Origin: Campylobacteraceae bacterium
Lineage (GTDB): Bacteria; Campylobacterota; Campylobacteria; Campylobacterales; Sulfurovaceae
Length of the DNA: 64,000 nucleotides
Direction: 5' to 3'
Assembly (NCBI GenBank): GCA_027035765.1
Contig: JALVUD010000019.1
Location: 45,757 to 109,756 of the forward strand
Below are positions 45,720 to 55,152 of the stretch, piece by piece (positions within the stretch are counted from its first letter, which is position 1; every line of letters begins with the position of its first letter). Position numbers and translations under genes: made by a program. A model generated the notes under the pieces. The model saw only the letters and a program-made list of their open reading frames with translations, was not told the origin of the DNA and did not search any database.

Positions 45720-46975
45720 TGAGACCGATGCTGCTGGGGGAGATGACCCCCGAGACCCTGATGGAGGAGCTGGGTACGTCCCCGTCGAAGGCGCTGGCCG
45801 CCAGACGCCTGGCGCAGCTGGGCATGCCCACCCGCAAAAGCGAGGCCTACCGCTATTTCGATATCGAGCCTCTGATGGCGCATGACTGGGAGATCTTGCG
45901 GAATGAAGCATCAGCGGAGATCGCCGAGAGCGAGGAACAGATCGTCATCACCGACGGACGGGTGACGGCTCTGCCCAAAGGGGTGGAGGTTCAGGTTGGC
46001 TGCAGTGACGCCATCGACCTGGACGGGAACCATTTCGATCCGCTCTACTACCTGGGGCATTTGCTCAGTCCCGAAGTGATCTCGATCCGTTTCAAAGAGG
46101 ATGCGAAAGTGACGCTGGTGCACCGATTCACCCAACCGGGAAAACTTCTGGCCTACCGGACGGCGATCTATCTGGATGCCAACACCCATGTTCAGATCGA
46201 CGAGCGTTTCGAGGGAGAACAGGCCTGCGGTGCGCTGATCCTCAGCGGCAGTGACGTTTTCATCTCCCGGGATGCCACCCTGACGCTGATCAAGGATGAG
46301 ACGCTGAAAGAGGGAGATTATGTTCCCATTCTCTCCCATCGGATCAAAGTGGACTCCCAGGCCCTCTGTCGGCTGCACAGCTTCGACTTCGGCGCCGGAA
46401 GCGGCCTGCAGCTGATCCGGGTCCAGCTCCACGAGCATGCCCGAATCGACGCCGACCATCTGCTCTATGCCACCGATCACGCCCGCCGGGGCACCGTGAG
46501 TCAGATCGTCCATATCGGCCAGAGTTCCGTCAGTAACCAGCGGGCCAAAAACATCCTCGCGGAAAAAGCCCGAGGCATCTTCGACGCGCTGATCAAAGTG
46601 GAGCATACCGGCAAATATACCAAGGCCCATCAGAACTCCAAGGCGATCCTCCTCAACGACGGCGCCTATATGGCCAGCAAGCCTCAGTTGGAGATCTATA
46701 TCGACGACCTGGAAGCGAGCCACGGCTCCACCACCGGCCAGCTGGATGAAGCCCAGCTCTTCTACCTCCGCAGCCGGGGGATCGCCAAAGAGGAGGCGCG
46801 CAAGATGCTGATCCTGGCCTTCGCCAACGAACTGATCGATGCCCTGGAAGATGAGAGGATGCGTGAGCGTCTCCATGCCAGTTTTGAAACCGCCTACTGG
46901 GGGGTGACTAATGTCACCTGCATGGAGACCTGCCACGGATGCGAGGATTTGGCTGCGGGAACCGCAGCCAAATAG
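45716..46975 (+). CDS. sufD: Fe-S cluster assembly protein SufD
   Basis: 419 aa with a SufBD-fold C-terminus (DLEASHGSTTGQLDEAQLFYLRSRGI). Overlaps sufC. Confidence 0.85.
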   Translation: MMRPMLLGEMTPETLMEELGTSPSKALAARRLAQLGMPTRKSEAYRYFDIEPLMAHDWEILRNEASAEIAESEEQIVITDGRVTALPKGVEVQVGCSDAIDLDGNHFDPLYYLGHLLSPEVISIRFKEDAKVTLVHRFTQPGKLLAYRTAIYLDANTHVQIDERFEGEQACGALILSGSDVFISRDATLTLIKDETLKEGDYVPILSHRIKVDSQALCRLHSFDFGAGSGLQLIRVQLHEHARIDADHLLYATDHARRGTVSQIVHIGQSSVSNQRAKNILAEKARGIFDALIKVEHTGKYTKAHQNSKAILLNDGAYMASKPQLEIYIDDLEASHGSTTGQLDEAQLFYLRSRGIAKEEARKMLILAFANELIDALEDERMRERLHASFETAYWGVTNVTCMETCHGCEDLAAGTAAK

Positions 46976-47001
46976 TGAAGAGTGAAGAGTGAAGAGTGAG
47001 G
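46974..47001. repeat. heptamer micro-array AGTGAAG x3, AGTGAGG (then AGTTTTG)
   Basis: It starts inside the sufD TAG stop. Same unit order as 63203-63237. Confidence 0.95.
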
Positions 47002-47012
47002 AGTTTTGGATT

Positions 47013-47029
47013 GCGTTGCATTGCAACGC
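47013..47029. repeat. hairpin gcgttgc-att-gcaacgc
   Basis: Perfect 7-bp stem. Same hairpin family as 56417-56433, 63316-63330 and 34577-34593. Confidence 0.9.
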
Positions 47030-47042
47030 CTACAATTGATTT

Positions 47043-47070
47043 CTAGTTACTAGTTTCTAGTTGCTAGTTA
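47043..47070. repeat. heptamer micro-array CTAGTTN x4
   Basis: CTAGTTA CTAGTTT CTAGTTG CTAGTTA, the inverse of the AACTAGN family. Confidence 0.95.
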
Positions 47071-47088
47071 CTCTAAAAAGGAACGATC

Positions 47089-47514
47089 ATGTCCACCATC
47101 CAAGAGGTTCTAAAACGTTACAAAGAGGATTTCGACCTCTTTGAGACCCCTGACGAGAAGTTCGAATATATTTTCGATCTGGGGAAGAAACATACGACCC
47201 TGCCGGAAGAGGAGAAAAACGACGCCACCTTCATCGAAGGGTGCGCCTCGCCTGCCTGGCTGGTAGGGGAGTGCCGGGACGGCAAACTGATCCTCCGGGG
47301 AGAGGGGAGCAGCGAAATGGCCAAAGGGATGCTGACTCTGCTGCTGGATATCTTCAGTGACAAAACGCCAGATGAGATCCTGAATTTCAATCCCGAAGAG
47401 CTGAGGCAGTTGGGAATCGTGGAGCACCTCTCTCCGGTTCGCCAGAAGAGCCTCCAGGCCTTTCTGGAAAAGGTCTATCAGTATGCCAAACGCTGCAAGG
47501 AGAAGAATGCATGA
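47089..47514 (+). CDS. sufE: SufE-like sulfur acceptor protein
   Basis: 141 aa with the persulfide Cys context FIEGCASPAWL. Confidence 0.8.
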   Translation: MSTIQEVLKRYKEDFDLFETPDEKFEYIFDLGKKHTTLPEEEKNDATFIEGCASPAWLVGECRDGKLILRGEGSSEMAKGMLTLLLDIFSDKTPDEILNFNPEELRQLGIVEHLSPVRQKSLQAFLEKVYQYAKRCKEKNA

Positions 47515-47864
47515 GCAAAGACCCCCGAGAAGTCACTCCCGAAGAGTCCGAAAAACGGATGATCGAGGAGCTGCAGAAGATCTACGATCCGGAGATCCCC
47601 GTCGATATCTACAACCTGGGCCTGATCTACGACGTCAAGTGTGAAAAGGATCCCGAAACACGGCTCAACCGCTGCAAGGTGGTCATGACCCTCACCTCGG
47701 CCACCTGCTCCATGTCGGAGATCCTGGTCGACCTGGTCCGTTCCACCCCCTCACGGGTAGAGGATCACTCCATCGAAGAGGTGGATGTGGAACTGGTCTT
47801 CGATCCCCCCTGGGACCAGTCCAAGATGAGCGACGAAGCGAAACTGCAGTTGGGGTTGCTTTAA
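47511..47864 (+). CDS. sufT: DUF59/SufT-like Fe-S assembly protein
   Basis: 117 aa with IYDPEIPVDIYNLGLIY and LTSATCSM. ATGA overlap with sufE. Confidence 0.75.
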   Translation: MSKDPREVTPEESEKRMIEELQKIYDPEIPVDIYNLGLIYDVKCEKDPETRLNRCKVVMTLTSATCSMSEILVDLVRSTPSRVEDHSIEEVDVELVFDPPWDQSKMSDEAKLQLGLL

Positions 47865-47946
47865 TCGTCGTCCGGGAAATCCCCCTTTTACCAATTCTAG
47901 AGTAAAATAGACCCTTCTGAATCACATTGACAAAGGGATCGACTTC

Positions 47947-48882
47947 ATGAGTAACTATATGCTCTTTTCCGGGACCGCCAACCCTCAGCTGAGCCAGGCG
48001 ATCGCCGACTATCTGGAGATGCCCCTCTCCGGTGCCACCATCAACCGTTTCTCCGACGGGGAGATCAACTGCCAGATTGCCGAGAGTGTCCGGGGCAAGG
48101 ATGTCTTTATCATCCAGCCTACCTGTGCCCCGGCCAATGCCAATCTGATGGAGCTGCTGATCATGACCGATGCGTTGAAGCGCTCGTCAGCCAAATCGAT
48201 CACGGCGGTGGTTCCCTACTACGGCTATGCCCGCCAGGATCGCAAAGCGGCCCCCCGGGTCCCCATCTCCGCCAAGCTGGTGGCGGATATGATGGAGACG
48301 GCGGGGATTACCCGGGTGGTCACCGTGGATCTGCACGCCTCCCAGATCCAGGGCTTTTTCAATATCCCTGTGGACAACCTCTACGGAGCGATTCTCTTCA
48401 TCGACTATATCAAATCCAAAAACTTCGAGAATCCGGTGATCGCTTCCCCTGACATCGGCGGGGTCGCCCGGGCCCGCTATTTCGCCAGCCGGCTCGGTCT
48501 CGATATGGTCATCGTGGACAAGCGGCGGGAGCGGGCCAATGTCGCGGAGGTGATGAACGTCATCGGTGATGTCGAAGGCAAAGATGTGATTCTTATCGAC
48601 GATATGATCGATACCGCCGGAACCATGGTCAAAGGGGCCGCCGCACTCAAAGAGCTGGGGGCCAACAGCGTCATGGCCTGCTGTACCCATCCGGTCCTCT
48701 CCGGTCCCGCCATCGAACGAATCCGCGAGGGGGCTCTGGATGAGCTGGTGGTCTCCGATACGATCCCCATCGCCCATGAGTGTGACAAGATCAAAGTCCT
48801 CTCCACGGCCAATATGCTGGGCGAAGTGATTCGTCGGGTCCAAAACAACGAAAGCGTCAATTCACTCTTTGTGACCGGTTGA
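47947..48882 (+). CDS. prs: ribose-phosphate diphosphokinase
   Basis: PYYGYARQDRK, VTVDLHA and DDMIDTAGT. Confidence 0.95.
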   Translation: MSNYMLFSGTANPQLSQAIADYLEMPLSGATINRFSDGEINCQIAESVRGKDVFIIQPTCAPANANLMELLIMTDALKRSSAKSITAVVPYYGYARQDRKAAPRVPISAKLVADMMETAGITRVVTVDLHASQIQGFFNIPVDNLYGAILFIDYIKSKNFENPVIASPDIGGVARARYFASRLGLDMVIVDKRRERANVAEVMNVIGDVEGKDVILIDDMIDTAGTMVKGAAALKELGANSVMACCTHPVLSGPAIERIREGALDELVVSDTIPIAHECDKIKVLSTANMLGEVIRRVQNNESVNSLFVTG

Positions 48883-49128
48883 TCCCCACGGAATTTGCCG
48901 GAAAGCCCCGCTGACCCTTTCCCCACGCCTCTCCCCAAAAAGAGTGCAGTAGCGGGTCTATAGGTAACAAAACTGTCAATTTACCTACTATTTTTGCCGC
49001 TTTTGATTGAAATTCCTTTTAAAAACCTCTTTGAGTCTGATATGATTAGAGATCTGGGTGTTTGTCAGCCGAGAAGATAAAAAAGGGTGGACAGCCGATC
49101 GCCTCGACAGAGGGATGAGGACATCACT

Positions 49129-50265
49129 ATGCGTATAAAACTCTATCATTTCAAACATGAGTGGAACGAACCTTTTGACCTGTCGCTGGACAGTGAGAAT
49201 ACACTGCTTCTGATTTTCGGCGAAATTGGCAGGGTTCCAGAGCTCGACTCGGCGATCGGAGAGCTGTGTGAAGCCTATCCCCATGCAATCACGGCAGGCT
49301 GTTCGAGTGCAGGCGAGATCTGTGACGGCGAGCTCTACGAACACTCCCTGGTCGCAGCTGTGATCCGTATGGAAAAGAGCCGGATCCGCAAAGTGGAGCT
49401 ACCCATCGCCTCGGCCGATGACTCGGAACGGGTGGGGAAGATGCTGGCAAGTGAACTGCTGGACGAGGAGCTGAAGGGGATCTTTGTCATCAGCGAGGGG
49501 TTGAAAATCAATGGGACGGAACTGACCCTGGGGATCAACAGCCGGCTGCCGGAGGGGGTGATCGTGACGGGCGGATTGGCAGCCGACGATGATCGTTTCG
49601 AAGTGACCTATGTTCTGGATGAAAATTGCCGTCCCCGGTCCGGCATCGTCAGCGCCATCGGTTTTTACGGTGCGTCGCTTCATCTGCGGGCCGGATATCG
49701 GGGAGGCTGGGACCGGTTCGGGGTGGAGCGCAAAATAACCTCCTCCCGAAAAAACGTCCTCTACACGCTCAACGACGAGCCGGCACTGGAGGTCTACAAA
49801 CGCTATCTGGGAAAGTATGCCGAAGAGCTGCCGGCCAGTGCGCTTCTTTTTCCCCTGGCGATCCGGGAGTCCAAAGAGAAAGAGGCCAAGGTCAGGACGG
49901 TGCTTGGGGTGAACGAGACGGAACAGTCGATCACCTTCGCCGGCGAAATACCTGAAGGGGGTTCCGCCTCTTTTATGAAAGCCAATTTCGATCGGATTAT
50001 CGATGGGGCCTATGAAGCGGCGCAGAGCCTGATGGAGGTCGGAGAGGTTCCCGGTGAGCCCCTCTGCATCACTGTCAGCTGTGTGGGGCGGAGATTGCTG
50101 CTCAAACAGCGTACGGAGGAGGAGCTGGAAGCAACCCTGGATGCCCTTCCCAAGGGGACGCGGCAGATCGGTTTCTACTCCTATGGAGAGATCTCCACCA
50201 TGCATTCGGGAGAGTGTGATCTTCACAATCAAACCATGACGCTGACACTGATCTGGGAAGAGTAA
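49129..50265 (+). CDS. FIST-domain signal transduction protein
   Basis: 378 aa from the ATG at 49129. FIST_N/FIST_C-like layout ending ...YSYGEISTMHSGECDLHNQTMT. Confidence 0.7.
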   Translation: MRIKLYHFKHEWNEPFDLSLDSENTLLLIFGEIGRVPELDSAIGELCEAYPHAITAGCSSAGEICDGELYEHSLVAAVIRMEKSRIRKVELPIASADDSERVGKMLASELLDEELKGIFVISEGLKINGTELTLGINSRLPEGVIVTGGLAADDDRFEVTYVLDENCRPRSGIVSAIGFYGASLHLRAGYRGGWDRFGVERKITSSRKNVLYTLNDEPALEVYKRYLGKYAEELPASALLFPLAIRESKEKEAKVRTVLGVNETEQSITFAGEIPEGGSASFMKANFDRIIDGAYEAAQSLMEVGEVPGEPLCITVSCVGRRLLLKQRTEEELEATLDALPKGTRQIGFYSYGEISTMHSGECDLHNQTMTLTLIWEE

Positions 50266-50266
50266 A

Positions 50267-52486
50267 ATGCACCGGCTTTTGGAAAGGGTATTGAAAAAGA
50301 ACGGCCTGAAGGCCGAAGAGGTTCCCAACCTTGAGAAGTGGCATGCCTTTCTCGAGAAGATGGATGAGATCTTTGTCAGTAACGACGAAGATCGTTATCT
50401 GCTGGAACGTTCGCTCGAAATCTCTTCCCGGGAGATGGAAGAGCTCCTGGAGACATCCCGGGAGAGCTTCCAGCAACGCATCACCGCTCTGACACAGGTG
50501 ATCCCCGATCTGATCTTCTACGTGGATGAGGAGGGAAGATATCTCGATATCATCTCCCAGGGGCAGGAGGATATGCTTTTTCTTCCCCGAGAGGAGATCA
50601 TCGGCCGGACCATGCAGGAGATTTTTCCCCCGGAATACGCCTCCAAATTCCTGGAAGCGACCCGCAAAGCGATCGAAACGAATCAGCTCACGGTTATCAC
50701 CTATGATATGACAGGAAAGTCAGGCAAGCGTTTTTTTGAAGCTCGGATCATGCCGACAAATATCAAAGAGAACGGCAAGCGGACCTCCATCGCCATTGTC
50801 CGGGATATGACGGCGGAGAGGAAGTCGATCGACTACCTCAACGTGATCAAAAAGATCTTCGAAGATGCGACCGAAGGGATCCTCATCGTCTCTGCAGAGA
50901 ACCACTATATGGAGGTCAATGATGCCTTCTGTCGAATGCTGGGGGTTTCCAAAGAGGAGCTGCCGGGATCCAAACTGAGCAACTACACGGAGTATTTCGA
51001 CAAGGAGACGATGGATCGGATCAGCCGGATGATGGAGGAGAAGAATTTCTTCAACGGGGAAGTGAAGATCCACAAGCCCGACGGATCGGAGCTGTTGGCA
51101 TGGCTCACCATCGATACGGTGCTCAACGAAAAGGGGGAACAGGCCTATCGGGTTGCCATGCTGACCGATATTTCGGAGCTTCAGAAATCCCGGGAGCAGC
51201 TGCATTTCACCGCGACCCATGATGTACTGACGAAACTTCCCAACCGAACGCTGCTGTTTCAGCATCTCGAAGAGGCGTTGGAACGCAGCCGGACACGGGA
51301 ACATGGCGGAGCCCTGCTTTTCATCGACCTGGACAACTTCAAAGAGATCAACGATACTGTCGGGCACAGTGCCGGGGATCGGGTACTGCTGGAGTGTGCC
51401 CGGCGGATCCGGCAGAGTCTGAGAGAGGGGGATATCTTCGGACGTCTCGGTGGCGACGAATTTCTGTTGATTATCGAAAATATCGAAAATATGGATGTAC
51501 CTATGTATGTGGCCAAAAAGGTCATCGAAGAGCTCCACCGCCCCTTTCATGTCGGGAACGATGTCTTCGAACTGGGAGCGAGTATCGGGATTGCGCTTTT
51601 CCCGGAGGACAGCCGTGATATGGGAGAGCTGATCCAGTATGCGGACATGGCGATGTACCGGGCCAAGGAGAAGGGAAAAAACCGTTTCATGTACTACTCC
51701 CGGGCACTCGACCAGGATGTCAAGCGCCATTATATGATCGAACGGGCCTTGAAAGATGCTCTCTCCACAGGAGGGTTCCATCTCCATTATCAGCCGCAGA
51801 TCAATCTCAAGACGGGAGAGGTGGTGGCTCTCGAGGCGCTGCTGCGTATCCGGGGGTCGGAACTGGGGTCGCTCTCTCCGGCCGAGTTCATTCCGGTGGC
51901 GGAGGAGAGCGATCTGATCGTCAGGATCGGCAAATGGGTATTCGACGAGGTGTGCCGGCAGATCGTGCAATGGAAGGAAGAGGGGATCACGCCCCCTCTG
52001 ATCGGGATCAATCTCTCCCGCCGACAGTTGATGGACGAGGAGTTCTGCGCACAGATCCGCGAAACCGTCTCGCACTACGGTCTTTCTCCCTCTTCGATCG
52101 AATTTGAGATCACCGAAACAACCTTTATGCACTCGAGAAAGACAGGCTATCAGGTGATAACGGAGTTGCAGGAGATGGGGTTCGGTCTCTCGATCGACGA
52201 TTTCGGTACGGGCTACTCCTCCCTGGCCAATCTCAAGCAGTTTACCGTGGACAAACTCAAGATCGACCGTTCATTTGTCCAGGATATGATCTCCAACGAA
52301 TCGGACCGGGCCATTATCAAAGCCTCCATCGCCCTGGCCAAAGCACTGGGGCTGGGGACGGTCGCCGAAGGGGTGGAGACGGAAGAACAGCTCCGGCTGC
52401 TCAAAGAGATGGAGTGCGACGAGATCCAGGGATTTTATTACTGCCCGCCCAAAAGCCCGGAAGAGGTCATCAAATATCTGCAATAA
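50267..52486 (+). CDS. PAS-PAS-GGDEF-EAL cyclic-di-GMP signalling protein
   Basis: GGDEF (RLGGDEFLL), EAL (ALEALLRI), DDFGTGYSS and QGFYY. It starts 2 nt after the FIST gene stop. Confidence 0.9.
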   Translation: MHRLLERVLKKNGLKAEEVPNLEKWHAFLEKMDEIFVSNDEDRYLLERSLEISSREMEELLETSRESFQQRITALTQVIPDLIFYVDEEGRYLDIISQGQEDMLFLPREEIIGRTMQEIFPPEYASKFLEATRKAIETNQLTVITYDMTGKSGKRFFEARIMPTNIKENGKRTSIAIVRDMTAERKSIDYLNVIKKIFEDATEGILIVSAENHYMEVNDAFCRMLGVSKEELPGSKLSNYTEYFDKETMDRISRMMEEKNFFNGEVKIHKPDGSELLAWLTIDTVLNEKGEQAYRVAMLTDISELQKSREQLHFTATHDVLTKLPNRTLLFQHLEEALERSRTREHGGALLFIDLDNFKEINDTVGHSAGDRVLLECARRIRQSLREGDIFGRLGGDEFLLIIENIENMDVPMYVAKKVIEELHRPFHVGNDVFELGASIGIALFPEDSRDMGELIQYADMAMYRAKEKGKNRFMYYSRALDQDVKRHYMIERALKDALSTGGFHLHYQPQINLKTGEVVALEALLRIRGSELGSLSPAEFIPVAEESDLIVRIGKWVFDEVCRQIVQWKEEGITPPLIGINLSRRQLMDEEFCAQIRETVSHYGLSPSSIEFEITETTFMHSRKTGYQVITELQEMGFGLSIDDFGTGYSSLANLKQFTVDKLKIDRSFVQDMISNESDRAIIKASIALAKALGLGTVAEGVETEEQLRLLKEMECDEIQGFYYCPPKSPEEVIKYLQ

Positions 52487-52579
52487 ATGAGTGAAAAGAG
52501 CGGGCTACAGGGGAAACCGTTCATGCGTTTTCGATAAAATACCTCTCCAAAGATTCCCTGCACCCCAAAAGGAGCACCC

Positions 52580-54394
52580 TTGGCCGCCAAAGTGCCTCAG
52601 ACTCATATCCGAAACTTCTCTATCATCGCCCATATCGATCACGGCAAATCGACCCTGGCCGACCGGATCATTCAGGAGTGTGGTGCCGTCAGCGACCGGG
52701 AGATGAGCGCGCAGCTCATGGACACCATGGATATCGAAAAAGAGCGTGGGATCACCATCAAGGCCCAGTCGGTCCGCCTCGACTATGTCAAAGACGGTGA
52801 GCACTATGTCCTCAACCTTATCGACACCCCGGGTCACGTCGATTTCTCCTACGAAGTGAGCCGCTCGCTTGCCTCCTGCGAAGGGGCCCTGCTGGTGGTG
52901 GATGCCGCCCAGGGGGTCGAGGCTCAGACCATCGCCAACGTCTATATCGCCATCGAGAACGACCTGGAGCTGATCCCCGTCGTCAACAAGATCGACCTCC
53001 CCGCCGCCGATCCCGACCGGGTCCTGGCGGAGCTGGAGGAGGCGATCGGCATCGATGCCACCGAACATGCTCTGGTCTCCGCCAAGACCGGGCAGGGGGT
53101 CAAAGAGCTGATCGACATGATTGTGGAGAAGATCCCCGCCCCCGCCGGCGATGAAGCGGCTCCCGCCAAAGCCCTGATCTACGACAGCTGGTTCGACAAT
53201 TACCTGGGGGCGCTGGCCCTGGTACGGGTCTTCGACGGGAAGATCGAAAAGGGGCAGAAGATCCAGATCATGGGGACCGGTGAGGAGCATCAGGTCCTGG
53301 ATCTGATGTATCCCCATCCCATCAAACCGATCAAAACTTCCGAACTGCGTACGGGAGAGGTCGGGATCGTCGTCACCGGGCTCAAAACCGTCGAGGCGCT
53401 TCAGGTGGGCGATACGGTCACCGACGCCAAACACCCCACCGCCGAGCCGGTTCCGGGCTTTGAACCGGCCAAACCCTTCGTCTTTGCCGGAATTTATCCC
53501 ATCGAAACCGACAAATTCGAAGATCTTCGCGATGCGCTCAACAAACTCAAGCTCAACGATTCTGCGCTGAGTTTCGAGCCGGAATCTTCGGCGGCGTTGG
53601 GATCGGGATTCCGGGTCGGTTTCCTGGGGATGCTGCATATGGAGGTGGTCAAGGAGCGGCTGGAGCGGGAGTTCGGCCTGGAGCTCATCGCCACGGCTCC
53701 CAGCGTTGTCTATCGGGTCCAGCTCACCAACGGGGAGGAGATCACCATCCAAAACCCCTCGGAGATGCCCGATACCTCCAAGATCGAGACCATCTACGAG
53801 CCCTACGTCAAGGCGACGATCCTGACTCCCAACGACTACGTGGGGAATCTGATCAAACTCCTCAACGACCGGCGGGGGATCCAGGTCAAGATGGACTATC
53901 TCAACGAAAACCGTGTTCTGATGGAGTATGACATCCCCATGAACGAGATCGTCATGGACTTCTACGACCGTCTCAAGACCGTCACCAAAGGCTACGCCAG
54001 CTTCGACTACGAGCCCATCGGCTTCCGCCCCGGGGATCTGGTCAAGCTCGATATCCGGGTCGCCGGCGAAATCGTCGATGCCCTCTCCATCATCGTCCCC
54101 AAAGAGAAGGCGAGAAGCCGCGGTCTGGCCTTTGTGGAGAAGCTCAAGGAGCTGATCCCGAGACAGCTCTTTGAGGTGGCGATCCAGGCCAGTATCGGCA
54201 ACACCGTCATCGCCCGGAGCAACGTCAAATCCATGGGCAAAAACGTCACCGCCAAATGCTACGGCGGCGATATCACCCGAAAGCGAAAGCTGCTGGAGAA
54301 GCAGAAGGCCGGTAAGAAGCGGATGAAGGCCATCGGCAAGGTCAATGTGCCCCAGGAGGCCTTTATGGCAGTTCTGAAAATTGATGAGAGTTGA
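52580..54394 (+). CDS. lepA: translation elongation factor 4
   Basis: [24 protein letters not shown] and NKIDL. TTG start with AGGAG 5 nt upstream. Confidence 0.95.
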   Translation: MAAKVPQTHIRNFSIIAHIDHGKSTLADRIIQECGAVSDREMSAQLMDTMDIEKERGITIKAQSVRLDYVKDGEHYVLNLIDTPGHVDFSYEVSRSLASCEGALLVVDAAQGVEAQTIANVYIAIENDLELIPVVNKIDLPAADPDRVLAELEEAIGIDATEHALVSAKTGQGVKELIDMIVEKIPAPAGDEAAPAKALIYDSWFDNYLGALALVRVFDGKIEKGQKIQIMGTGEEHQVLDLMYPHPIKPIKTSELRTGEVGIVVTGLKTVEALQVGDTVTDAKHPTAEPVPGFEPAKPFVFAGIYPIETDKFEDLRDALNKLKLNDSALSFEPESSAALGSGFRVGFLGMLHMEVVKERLEREFGLELIATAPSVVYRVQLTNGEEITIQNPSEMPDTSKIETIYEPYVKATILTPNDYVGNLIKLLNDRRGIQVKMDYLNENRVLMEYDIPMNEIVMDFYDRLKTVTKGYASFDYEPIGFRPGDLVKLDIRVAGEIVDALSIIVPKEKARSRGLAFVEKLKELIPRQLFEVAIQASIGNTVIARSNVKSMGKNVTAKCYGGDITRKRKLLEKQKAGKKRMKAIGKVNVPQEAFMAVLKIDES

Positions 54395-54396
54395 GA

Positions 54397-54424
54397 GTGC
54401 TATGTGCTACGTGCTAAGTGTTAA
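54397..54424. repeat. heptamer micro-array GTGCTAT GTGCTAC GTGCTAA GTGTTAA
   Basis: It begins 3 nt after the lepA stop. Confidence 0.95.
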
Positions 54425-54437
54425 GAGGGGTGAAGCC

Positions 54438-54465
54438 GCAAGTCGCAAGTCGCAAGTCGCAAGAA
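54438..54465. repeat. heptamer micro-array GCAAGTC x3 plus GCAAGAA
   Basis: Read directly. An inverse two-unit copy (CTTGCGA x2) occurs at 56586-56599. Confidence 0.95.
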
Positions 54466-54467
54466 GT

Positions 54468-54482
54468 GTCGCCTTTGGCGAC
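54468..54482. repeat. hairpin gtcgcc-ttt-ggcgac
   Basis: Perfect 6-bp stem between two arrays. A related inverted copy (gtcgccttcggcg) is at 56569-56581. Confidence 0.85.
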
Positions 54483-54510
54483 GGCATTGGGCATTGGGCA
54501 TTGGGCATTG
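54483..54510. repeat. heptamer micro-array GGCATTG x4
   Basis: Read directly. Confidence 0.95.
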
Positions 54511-54540
54511 GGAATATTGAGAAACGACGTCAATCACAAT

Positions 54541-54568
54541 CTTCCATCTTCCATCTTCCATCTTCCAT
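54541..54568. repeat. heptamer micro-array CTTCCAT x4
   Basis: Read directly. Inverse family (GGAAGAT) at 62582-62602. Confidence 0.95.
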
Positions 54569-54575
54569 CTGTTCA

Positions 54576-54591
54576 TGGGATAGCAATCCCA
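54576..54591. repeat. hairpin tgggat-agca-atccca (inverted copy of the CGTGGGAT hairpin)
   Basis: Followed by ctacgaaatcgg, the inverse of ccgatttcgtag at 56349-56360. Confidence 0.85.
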
Positions 54592-54605
54592 CACTACGAA
54601 ATCGG

Positions 54606-54633
54606 TTACTAGTTACTAGTTACTTGTTACTAG
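54606..54633. repeat. heptamer micro-array TTACTAG x2, TTACTTG, TTACTAG
   Basis: Read directly. Inverse of the AACTAGT family. Confidence 0.95.
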
Positions 54634-54685
54634 TTTGCAAATTGTTCTTCATTCAAAAGCTCTGCTTTTGCCCGGAGCTTGGCCG

Positions 54686-55135
54686 ATGACTGAATGGGCG
54701 TTTCATCTGCATCTGCTGATGGCGATCTCCTGGATCGGGGGATCGGTTTTTATGTTTATTTTGGGAATTTCGCTTCGGGATAAAAAGGCGCAGCAGGAGG
54801 TCTATCCTCATGTCGGTCCGATTTTCGGATGGTTTGAAGTCGCTTCACTGATTATTCTATTGACGACCGGTTTCATCCTGGGGTTTCATTATCACCTTTT
54901 CGATCTGCTTCTACATCCCAACGGAAGCAAAATTTCCCATGCGCTGAGGATGAAAGCGATTTTGGTAGCGATTTTGACGGTGGCTACAGTGGTACATTTC
55001 ATCATTGCCTACAAGACAAACGGCAAAGAGCGGACAAAGTGGGAGCACTTCTTTTCCCGGGGATCTTCGATGCTGATTTTTCTGCTCAACCTCTTTGTGA
55101 TGCACTACGCCATTGTCTTGAGAGATATTCTTTGA
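54686..55135 (+). CDS. integral membrane protein (CopD-like four-helix protein)
   Basis: 149 aa from the ATG at 54686 with four TM helices and conserved His residues (HLHLLMAISWIGG). GC is lower than its neighbours. Confidence 0.5.
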   Translation: MTEWAFHLHLLMAISWIGGSVFMFILGISLRDKKAQQEVYPHVGPIFGWFEVASLIILLTTGFILGFHYHLFDLLLHPNGSKISHALRMKAILVAILTVATVVHFIIAYKTNGKERTKWEHFFSRGSSMLIFLLNLFVMHYAIVLRDIL

Positions 55136-55152
55136 TGGTAAACCCCAAATAA

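Noticed and set aside
48883-49128. Possible small RNA gene (SRP, 6S or RNase P type) in the 246-nt prs/FIST spacer. The spacers at 58568-58804 and 40700-40844 were also considered.
   Set aside because: I could find no conserved ncRNA motifs (for example the SRP domain IV GGAA/AGCA loops or RNase P P4 sequences) or convincing extended structure by eye. This would need a covariance-model scan to settle.
54397-54633. Possible CRISPR array, given the many short repeats
   Set aside because: The units are 7 nt and directly contiguous, with no spacers. Each array has only 3-5 copies and the unit changes from array to array. No cas genes are present in the window.
54381-54689. ORFs that run through the repeat mosaics (54381..54689, 54418..54612, 56277..56675, 63180..63497, 8253..8462, 62380..62604)
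   Set aside because: Their sequences are just translations of tandem heptamers and hairpins (for example SSIFHLPSSI, FTIHHSPFTI). They have no RBS and no coding periodicity beyond the repeats. The heptamer period is incompatible with a conserved reading frame.
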